Assembly (NCBI GenBank): GCA_035084275.1 | Contig: CM068743.1 | Span: forward strand, 130,696,001-130,760,000 | Length of the DNA: 64,000 bases | Direction of reading: 5' to 3' | Source: Hydrolagus colliei | Lineage: Eukaryota | Shown here: piece by piece, positions 51,249 through 61,472 of the stretch | How positions within the stretch are numbered: position 1 is the stretch's first letter | Layout of the letters: each line of letters begins with the position of its first letter | Position numbers and translations under genes: made by a program | The notes under the pieces: model-generated | Databases searched by the model: none | The model's input: the letters and a program-made list of their open reading frames with translations, nothing else | Told to the model about the DNA's origin: nothing

Positions 51249-51390
51249 ATAAGAAAATCTACACCCGAAATAACCTAGGCCACACACATTCCTAACCGTA
51301 CGATTGAATCCATCAATCACTGAGAATACAAAGCCAAACTATACAAAAACATTTAATCACTCGCATTCAGGAGCCGGTTAGTCCATATGT
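51249..51390. repeat. 142-bp inverted repeat, intronic arm (partner 52538..52679)
   Basis: Reverse complement aligns without gaps; about 4 mismatches counted by eye. Confidence 0.93.
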
Positions 51391-51445
51391 AATAGACTTA
51401 CCATCTGTGTTTGACCATTAAAGATATGTATTTTTATTTTTTCAG

Positions 51446-51592
51446 AAGCTGACACTGCTCCACCTAAACAGCAATCAGTGCTTGGATAAAGCCATGGAGA
51501 CAGAGAGCCAGGTGCCCACCATGAAAGACTGCAATGGCGGTCGTTCTCAGCAATGGATTTTGCGCAATGTCACACTTCCTGATATTTTCTGA
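51446..51592 (+). CDS. GALNT1: GALNT1 terminal coding exon (147 bp to TGA), lectin gamma repeat
   Basis: tttcag|AAG; [48 protein letters not shown]. The C-terminus matches GALNT1 (...RNVTLPEIF) rather than the paralog GALNT13 (...RNMTLGT). Confidence 0.95.
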   Translation, partial: KLTLLHLNSNQCLDKAMETESQVPTMKDCNGGRSQQWILRNVTLPDIF

Positions 51593-52930
51593 TGGCTCTG
51601 TTGTGAGAATGCAGTGGGCTACCTCTGTGCACTTTGCTGCTGGACCAGTCTTAAACTGAACATTCATCTCAGCAGTGAATTTGTTCTTCCTTTGAGCACG
51701 TGGACTCATTTTGAAGGATGTTTAATGCATAAATTTGTGGTCTTAGAACTGCCACCTTTCTTCAGGCTTAGAGACTACAGCTTTTTATGGAGAAAATGTG
51801 CACACTGATGTTTACATGATTGTTTCTAATTGGTTGTAAAAGGGGAAAGTGAAGACAACAAGATGGCTTGAATCCCAATGAAATGAACTTGCGGTTCACA
51901 AAGCGAATACGGTTTAATCTAGGAAGTGGCCTGTCATATCACTGTTTATCTGTGTCAGCGGTATATCATTGTAATTTAATCGCACAATTGTTGTACTTTT
52001 CTGGGAAGTGACAGAACCGGAAGCTAAAATTCAAAATATTGCTACGAGTCTAAGTTTACCCATAGCAACCGATGTACACAATATCAGAGGGGAAATGCAA
52101 AGAATATATATCAAACATGTTCATTTAAATCATTTTTGTATGAACAGAAATCTATACGATGGGGATAAAGTTCATGGGAAAAGTTGAATAATACAATTAT
52201 GACAGACTTAATTTTATGTAGATTTTTATACCTCAATGAACAATTAACCAGTTCTAATTTAGAAAATTGTGACCATTCTGTTTGATTGCCTTAGTAATCA
52301 TTTCAGTTAACTTTTTCTTAAAATATGGTGTATTAGAATAGTAGAAGCCACCAAGAGATAGGAAAATGTTACACACATATTCTTTTTCTTTAAGTGCTAT
52401 TCCATACCATCTTTTATTTTTCCCTTTCTGTCTGGGTTTCTTATCCCAGTTTTGTGAACTGTTAGATCTCAGTCTTTTTTTTGTTCTTTACCCAAATAAT
52501 AATCCTCTGAGAACTGCTGCTACGAACCAGTCAAGGAACATATGGACTAACCGGCTCCTGAATGCGAGTGATTAAATGTTTCTGTATAGTTTGGCTTTGT
52601 ATTCTCAGTGAATGATGGATTCAATCGTATCGTTAGGAATGTGTGTGGCCTAGGTTATTTCGGGTGTAGATTTTCTTATTAATAAAACCAAATCAAATTC
52701 ACTGTAATGAATGCTTGTTCATCAGTGGACTGGGCCGTAGCTGGAGTTTTTACAGGAGAAAGTCTTCACTCCGTCCATAAATGGTCTTATTACTCCATTC
52801 GCAAAACTATAGTAGAATCTGTGAAATACTGGTGATTGCTTTTTTTTCCCTAATAAAATATTTAAAATGATTTAATTGGGTGTGTTTTCTACATGAGTAT
52901 CGGGCATTAATAAAGAATTATTTTATGCGT
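51593..52930 (+). other. GALNT1: GALNT1 3'UTR (3' end approximate); candidate AATAAA signals at ~52681, ~52852 and ~52909
   Basis: AT-rich, TE-poor sequence after the stop codon with three AATAAA hexamers; the true cleavage site cannot be read from DNA. Confidence 0.6.
52538..52679. repeat. 142-bp inverted repeat, 3'UTR arm (partner 51249..51390)
   Basis: ACATATGGACTAACCGGCTCC...GTAGATTTTCTTAT. Confidence 0.93.
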
Positions 52931-53406
52931 GCCTTTTAACTGAATAGGATGTTAATTTTCAGGACCCTGAGCAAATGTAGAATTTTCCTTTGATACTGAT
53001 TTTCTGTGTCAGTTAAATACCATTGCAATTTAATTCCACAATTAATTGATTTTCAATCTTAATATTTTTATCCCTTTCCATACAGTGACCACATTTTGCA
53101 GGAAATATTCTGAAGTGCTTTGAGATGTTCTGCTGTGATAATGCGGTTTATCAAATCAAGCTTTTAATATATTATTTTGGATAAAGGGCATTACATAATT
53201 TTCTATTTTGGATTTCCTTGCGTTTTGTGGTCCAAATGAACCTTAAAACCTGAATTTGAACCCCGTTCTTGGTTAATGCTTCCCTGTGACGCTCCTTGAG
53301 CAAACGTGTTTGAGCAGGTTGAGTATGTGTAATAGGAAAGGGCTCATTCTCTTCCAAGCGGTTTGGGATGTCCTCCCGAGGTGAAAGGCGTTCTATAAAT
53401 GTAATT

Positions 53407-53422
53407 TTGATTGGTTGGTTGG

Positions 53423-53456
<34 letters not shown>
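53407..53456. repeat. (TTGG)n/(TTGA)n microsatellite grown from an L2 tail
   Basis: Tandem tetramers directly after AAAGGCGTTCTATAAATGTAATTT. Confidence 0.9.
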
Positions 53457-55170
53457 TACTGTATTAAACATTTCATAATAAGGGCATGAAAAAGTGATAC
53501 AGATGATGTTTGATCAGTGTGGTAAACTGACCAATGATATATTGTCCTACACAAATGGGATTGTTCGAATGCTGTTTCTGCAGTAACCTGATTTAATCCA
53601 TTGGAATGTAGCATTCACACTGCCAATTATTTCCAACCTAGTTCCGTGAATATTATACATTTTTCCACCAGTCCGGGTCACTCAAGCCTGCAAAATCATT
53701 CCAGAATTTTAATGATTCAACCCAACAAATTCACTGAATGTGGAATTAGGTATGATAACTATAATTGCTTTCAGACAGTTTGGAAGTTTCAGCAATAATG
53801 GTCTTCTCAAGTTAGATGTTATGAAGAGCTAAATTTAGTAAATTGGTGAAGTTTAGACTGTTCCCATCAAATGACTTGCTAGTGCATTTTATCGGATGTC
53901 TGTAGTGGCATCAGTGATGCATAAATTTACTTACTGGTTTGCAATCCTCTGATAAGTCAGGTTAGCGGTCCCAATTGCAACCGATGTTCAGCCAAGGTTA
54001 ATAAATGGATTAGTGTTGCACAGGCTGCTTCTGTAACTAGATGTGAGTCATACCAACAGGTCAGAACTACATTCTAATGTGCTACACTTTTGGAGGGTTC
54101 TTCCCACAGAAAGGGTTTTCTGAAGATGGAACTAATATAACTTAATATCCAAACAAAAATAGATGTGAGCAGGAATAAGTTTTTTTTTAGCAGTCCTGTG
54201 AGTAAAAGGGAAATAAACATAACGTTAATTCAAAGCATGTGATGCTTTATTAGCTGGAATAAGATGTCAGGTACAGCACTCTTGTTTTTCTTACAACAAG
54301 ATTTCAATATAAACAGATGATTTTCAATGAATATTCTTAAAAAGACACAGAAAAAGGTGGGAATAACTGGAGGTTGCATACTGATATAGTATAATGCTAT
54401 AGTACACTATAATGCATAGTGATCAGCAGGAATTGCTTTGTAGGGTTACACCAGTCACTGATTTGTAATAATTACAGTAGTGGACTTGCTTTCTGTTAAT
54501 GAGAAGTGGCAGGTCTGACTTGGGGTTAAATGAAGCGTCAGATCAGCTTATTAAGCCTATGGCTGCAGTGGCAGTTTAATATCTAGCTGCATGCGTGTAC
54601 CCTGGAGTCTGCCTTGGTTATTAAAACAGATGGAAGTGTAAACCAGAGGGAATAAATAGTGAAACTGTTTTTAAAAATGACTTGATTTTTTAAATGGGGT
54701 TGATTGTTTCACTCATAATTCACCAAAGAACATCATTTAAGTGGAAGAATTAAGAGACTGAAGTAAGCGTAGGTGTATGGTGCCATGCAAGAGGTTAAAG
54801 CCATGGGCAGATGCTTGGAGGTCACCAATGTTTTCTGTGGTACTAAAAGCATCATTTCTCCTGGAGTTTATTTGCAAGAGCAGAGATTTCTCAGCAATTG
54901 TGATCTTGAAATGTAAAAGGTTCAGGGCATTGTATGAATTGAAAGGATACAAATATGATTTATTTCTTAAATCAGTATACCTTTTGTAGAGGGTGACCAA
55001 AAAGTCATGATAACTATTATCTAAAAAACAAATTCTTGTAAGACTAATTAGACATTGTAATACATCACAACATTTTGGTCAACCTGTAGTTTATTGCAAA
55101 ACCAGCCATGTTCTCTTTTGTAAAAAAAATGCTATTATAAATATGCTTTGCGCTGCAGTTTATAGATATA

Positions 55171-55380
55171 CAGTAAAAGCCCGTTTATCCAGCACCCTCG
55201 GGACTTGGCCAATGCCGGTTAAAGCGCATGCCGGATATTTGGCCCAAAACACAAACAAAACCAAAAAAAAGCAAATTGTTCCGGCTAAATTCCGATTAAT
55301 CGAATGCGGACCTTTTTTTTTATGTGTTGGTTATACGGAAGTTACGGTTGATCAGGTGCCGGATAAACGGGCTTTTACTG
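55171..55380. mobile_element. Short Tigger/pogo-like MITE of the same family, opposite orientation
   Basis: Perfect 20-bp TIR CAGTAAAAGCCCGTTTATCC; TA TSD at 55169-55170 and 55381-55382. Confidence 0.88.
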
Positions 55381-58300
55381 TACTTAACCAACTAGAGGGA
55401 GTTAATTTTCAAGGTACATTTAGCTGGTGTCAGATTGTCTCAGATAAATGGTTAACTTATAATTAGCACTATTATTATTATTACAGGTACTGGAAAATTG
55501 TTAAAAAGGTCTCGGATCCATTTTCTCTTAGCTATATTTTTACAGCAGTCTCCAAAGACAGCTCCACGATGCTTTGAAACTATATGTGTTTGTGTCATTG
55601 AAATAACAGCTGGGAACAACTCGCCTATATGAATGAAACTTGATATTGTTAGATTGTTCATTTGTTGTTTATTGTTGTTGTTTGATTCCACCCCCACCCT
55701 TTGCCCCCTGGCCTCCCCCCCCCCCCTTCTTCTTTCCTCACTCCCTTTCCCCCATTTCTCTCCCCCTTCCCTCCCTTTTCCCCCTTACCCCGCTTTCTCC
55801 CTGATTTTAAGTCACCACCTTTCCCCCCCTCTCCCCCCTTATCCCCTTTCTCCCCTGGCCCCACTTCCATGACTGTTTGTGGGACACTGTTGTGCGCAAT
55901 TTGGTTGCCAAAAGTAAATTTTCCTACTTTCCTTCTGCCAACCACAACCCCTCTCTCCCTGCTGTGGTCCCTACCTCTTCTCCCCCCTTTCTTCCCTCTT
56001 GTCTTCTCCCTCCCCCCCCTGCTCTGGTCCCAACCTCGGGACGTTGTTGTATTCTGTGAAGCGCTTTGAGACGTCGATAAGACGTGGAAAGCACTATATA
56101 AATGTAAAGATTATTATTAATACTTGAACATTTAATATGGAGTCCTGTAGTTCAGTGGTTAGAGCACTCGCCTTACAAGTGTGAGACCTGTGTTCGAATC
56201 CAGGCAGTGAATTCACTCTACAGTATATTCTATTATGCGCTTTGTGATGCCTAGAAGATGTGAAAAGCGCTATATCAAATGCAAGGATTATTTATTATTA
56301 TAATAATAATAATACTTGCATTTTGTAAAGAACCTTTAAAAGTAAAGTTGAAATTTCAGAGACTTCGGATCTTAGCAATAGTCAAATTAGTGTGTTGATC
56401 ATTATAATGTCCTTACAAGAATTGCTGAAGTTTCTGAGAGAATACCTTAGTACCATTATTAGTTTAGTGGAAGTTGCTCATTGCTCTGTGATCTTGGCAT
56501 TTAGTTTGGGAGAGTTGAAATTGAATTTATAACGAGCAAATTCTTTTGTTTCTTAAACAAAGACGTCTATGGAATTCATTCAGATTTAGTTTGGGCTCAG
56601 AAGGTGGCAAAAAAAAACAAGTTTTTATTGTTAAATAAAAGAAAATTCACCAGCATGATGCTATTCATTGTTGTATGTGTATCCAGATATGACTGAGGAA
56701 GCTGGAACTCTATTTCGGGACTAATTGATGCCAAATTCCACAAATCCGGTTTCAAAAACTTGTAAGGAGATCAGCGTCTAATTGGCATTGCAACAAATTG
56801 GCCTCAACCCAAGCAGGTAGCTGGAACATTCACTAGTTACAGATCCATTTGTGGCCCTCTCAATCAGACACACTCTACAGATGCACCGCAATTTTTAGTT
56901 TATGCTGAATGACTATAGTTACCTTTTTGAAGGACAATCTTAATATGGCCGCCACTGGGTTAGCAAATATGATACATTAGTTAATTAACGCAGCTACAGA
57001 AAAGCATAAAACGAGGCAGAAAACTAAGCAGTTACTAGAAAAAGTGGTTATTCTCAGTCACTTCTTGGGCTCTGAAAACCTCTGGCAGGAGCTGGCTTTG
57101 CAAACGAATGGGGACCATGCAGGTTGCGAGCTGACATCCAGACTGGTCGCGCTGAGTGAGTCAGGAATAACTTACAATTAACAGATAAAATTCAGTGCCT
57201 GACTGACCAAGTGAAGCAGGGCACTGGAGGCACAGATACAACAATTAAAGGAAGATATAGATTCCCTTAATAATCAGACCCTCGTTACTCATCCAATTTG
57301 AATCACTCTTTGTCGGACCTAAAATAGATTAAATCAATTATCCACCTTTTTTAAAAAAAAGAGAAAATGAATGGCCATTCCAAAATCCTAATTATATAAA
57401 TATATGTAAAAGCTAGACCTTACATTAAAAATCTTTTGTTCTCTTTGATGATATCCTGGTGTAACCCAGACACACACGCAAATCTGTCTCCAGGTGCTGC
57501 AAATGTTATTTTCGTTACCGGAGTCTAGAATAGAATTGGACCTGACTAAGGCACAGTTAGACTGTCACACAATTGGTGTCATTCGAAGGTTTCAGGTCTG
57601 AACCAGGCAGGGACTCTGGCCATCACTCTGGCTAATTAACTCATGTATTATGTTTGCTAAACCATGTACCCAATATGCTTGACAGAAACTGATTCAGGCA
57701 TTAATTTGTTCATAACCCCAAATTTCGGAAGGGCGGCTATTTCAATCCAATTTAGCAAGAAAATAAATGAGTTACATATGAATACTGTGTGAGTGAAAGC
57801 CATGTTACAATCCATCTCACTGTTTCTATGTTACATAGTGAGGATCCTCTTTGGTCATTGATACGCTGGGCCCTTCAGTAGATAAGAAAGAGGTTACTGA
57901 TATGGAAACATGTGAAGCAAATTAAACCATTCAAAGGAAATAATTCTGACTGTTTAGAGATAAACAATTAACATGTTGTGGTTGTTGTGTTGCGCAGACT
58001 TGGCTCTGGTCAGTGTGATTTGCTTCAGACCAGGACCACCTGACCTTGGTTAAGCAGCAACAACAACAACTGGCATTTATGCGGCCTTCACGTGAGGGTA
58101 ACGCACCTTCACACAACCGCATCCCAGTACAATGGTACATAACATAACCAATGTTATCTGCTGGGTTAAACCCTTTGATGTTGTCACCATGTGACAACCT
58201 ATACGACTGTTTGTGGGACACTGCTGTGCGCAATTGGCTGTCGTGTTTCGCCCACAAATATACAGTCAATTCACTTTGCAGTATATTCTCTGAAGAGCTT

Positions 58301-59689
58301 TGAGATGTCGATAAGATGTGAAAAGCGCTATATCAAATGCAGGGATTATTATTATACATGAGCATAAAAGCATAATATTGAATCAATGCAAATGTCTTTT
58401 TGCCTTAGTAATTAAATGAGTCATTAAGCAATATTGCCTTACTCCACCATTACCTCACCCCTCAGGCTGCTGAAACCCTCATTCATGTCTTCATCACATC
58501 CCGGCTCGACTACGCCAGGCTTGTTGGCCTTCCCAATTCCTCCCTCCATAGGCTGCAGATAATCCAGAACTCTGCAACCCATGTCCTCTATTGCTCCAAG
58601 CTTCATGACCCCATTTCCCCCATTCTCATCCAACTTCATTGGCTCCCCAGAGGATTCAATTCAAGATCCTGGTCCTCATATTCAAAGCCCTCCACGGCCT
58701 CACCCCATCGTACCTCTGCTACCTCCTAACCCCCTATCAATCTGCTCTCCCCTTTCTCTCAGCAGGCTCTGGCCTGCTCCACATCCCCTGACCCACCCAC
58801 CCCACCATTGGCAGACAAGCCTTCGACCACTCTACCCCCAACCTCTGGAACCTCTGTTGGCTGAGTACATTAAGAGTTTCTTCCATTTAGTCACAAAACT
58901 TTCCTTTTTGCCACCTACTGACTTAAAGCAAAATCCCAGTGAATATCCAAGAATAAGATCTCTCTTTCTTAAACAAAATTAAATATAAACAAAGGATTAA
59001 ACACATGGACAGCCAAAACTTTGCAGGAGATGTGGGAAGTGCTGGGAACTGGAGTAAACACAAGAAGTTGTTTTTAGTAATACAGTATATAGCAATGGGC
59101 CCAGACCCGTTGTGAGCTGAAAATGTTAGGGTTTCTATGTTAAATGAGAATAAAAGAATAATATTATTTGACAATATTCATTTGGTTTTGAGTAGACTGA
59201 AAGTTAGCTTCAGAACACAACATTGGATAAATATTCAGAAGCAATTTGATGCTGTAATGAGAGATTGGAAATCTGGAAGGATGAGATCAAACAAGCCAAA
59301 GAGTTTTCTTTATCTGAACTTCTCTTGTGATCTTATGAGTTCCAGCGTGGAGTCACTATCTTTGCATCTGTGATGTTATTGTAGGTACCTTGTTATCTCG
59401 AGGTTGTGAGCCAATATTGCACACGGGAATCGTTGTTTGGTAAAATGTTGGGGGCCCGACCGAACCTTGGCCATGGGCCTCTGGGAGGGACACTCAGCAC
59501 TTCCTGTTTCTTGCAATCCCGGAAGCCGAGTTTAAGTCAAATGTCCTGCCATGGCTGATGAGCAGCAGGATTGGGATGAAGACAGGATACCCCCGAGTTA
59601 CCAGCGAACCTGGACTTCAAACCAACAACAACAAATGACATTTGTATTGCGCCTTTCACGTCGGGAGGACGTCCAAATTCGCCGTGGAG

Positions 59690-60030
59690 CTCACACTCTA
59701 GGCTGACAATCCAGTGTGGTGTAGGGCAGACGCTTGGCTGCAATTGTCAGAGGTGCCGTCCTTCTGATGAGACTTTAAACGGTCGGCCAGATAAGGTGGA
59801 CGGTGAAGATCCCACAGCATGATAGGAAAAGAGAAGGGAATTTCTCCCATTGTCCTGGCAAACAATCTCCAGAGTAAACAAGACAATCACTTCATGGCTG
59901 TTTGTGTCGCTGCAAACTGGTTGCTGTAATTGCCCACCACACACACAGTCACTATACTTCACAGTAAAATCTAATTTGGGACATCTTGAACATGTGATCA
60001 AGCATTATGTTAAACGTAGGGATTATTATT
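59690..60030 (+). mobile_element. Deu-domain-like SINE (AmnSINE/SacSINE-type core)
   Basis: GGTGCCGTCCTTCTGATGAGAC..TAAAC...AAGATCCC..GCA...TGTCCTGGC core; related copies at ~3985-4170, 10585-10720, 15123-15265, 18630-18790 and 27392-27620. Confidence 0.6.
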
Positions 60031-61422
60031 GAATAAAGGCCCATCTCAGGATATATTTCTTGAACCACATTTTCAGTCAGTTTTCCCTTCCCCCGTCCCT
60101 TTGGCTCCAACCCACAACTCGGGTGCCCAGCCAGTAATGTCAAGCGCTTTGAGACATCCCTCAAATGTGAAAGGCATGATATCAATGTAAATTGTATTGT
60201 GTAGTTGTAAAACATATTGTAACTCGGTTTCCAACATTTTGTGGTCAGTGTGCTTGTCACTAGTGTTTGTCCGTTTGCCAACTGTTTCAATCGTGTTGAG
60301 CTAAATTCCCTTTTTTTTGTATGAATGACAGTTTTATTAGTTTCTTTGCGTTACCTAGAACAACAGTCCCCACCCCACCCCCAAAACCTGTGCTAGTTAA
60401 GAGTAAAACCCATAATTTTAGTGAAGCACTATCACTAACCTGTACAGTAGCTTTGTCCCAAATCAGCCAATTCCTCAGGTTTACCAAGGTGTCTGTACGT
60501 CTGTTTTGCTGATGTGTCTATTTTGCTTGTCCTGTGAGGACCTCAGAAGTTGTATAAAGTAATTGGCTGATCCAAAGGGCAGTCTTTTTGAAGTATTCAA
60601 ACACATTATTTTCGAACGAGAGACAGTGTCCAGCATCATTCTGTTTACTTTTCCTAATTATTTCACCACATTGTCCTGACTGAGTATTATGAGGTTGCCA
60701 TCACTGTTGGGTTGCTTTCAGGTCTCTCTCAGCCAAACCAACTCCATTCAATGCCATACATGCAACTTGTTGTTGTTGTTGTGTTCATGGTAGACTAGTC
60801 ACAACTTCTTTTTCAATAAACCTGAATAAGTTACATCACATTTTCTCACCCCAGTCACACTGATATCATAAATGTTACTTAAGCAAAATGAGCTTTAACT
60901 GGAATAATTGATTGCAGGGAAAGTGATCAGCATCTAGCTGGTCTAGCCTAACTCTAACACAAACCTCATTGGGACCAATGATGCAAAATCTTTCATTCCA
61001 AGTGAGGTTCAATGCGAACAAGTGCACGCTTTCTGTTTATTCATAAGCTCTGCTGCTTTGTGGTTTGTGAAGAATTTATTTGCAGAATATTTTTCATCTA
61101 CTGTACGTTTCATGTCCTCCGGTGAAGCTGTGCGGCTGTCACTGAGATCTTTCAGCGGCTTCAGGACAATCCGTTCGACTTTATAATTCATTGTGTTAAT
61201 GATTTTTTTGTTTACAGGAAGGCCCATTAAACCCGAAAGCATGTTTACAACTGCCCTTCACCCTGGGGACTCTTACACAGACAACTGCCATCAATCAGCG
61301 ACGTTGATTTTGCAGATTGTAGCTGCCCACTTTCAATTATTTGGCCAACAGTTTAAACAACAAGTAGAGCAACCCCGGGATTATAGCGCTTTGGGTATCT
61401 TCCCAGAGTTCCTGCCCCTCCA

Positions 61423-61472
61423 TTTTTTTAAATGTTTGCGTTTCTAGACTGAAACGCAAACATTTAAAAAAA
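61423..61472. repeat. Perfect 22-bp-stem hairpin with 6-nt loop
   Basis: TTTTTTTAAATGTTTGCGTTTC-TAGACT-GAAACGCAAACATTTAAAAAAA. Confidence 0.9.

Noticed and set aside
51443-51448. NAGNAG tandem acceptor (CAG AAG) at the last exon
   Set aside because: A distal AAG after CAG is rarely used, the effect would be loss of one Lys, and the sequence gives no supporting evidence
2277-51592. Assignment to the paralog GALNT13
   Set aside because: [42 protein letters not shown] and the [10 protein letters not shown]-terminus are GALNT1-type residues
55690-56030. C-rich ORFs downstream of the gene
   Set aside because: Low-complexity pyrimidine tracts interleaved with SINE tail fragments
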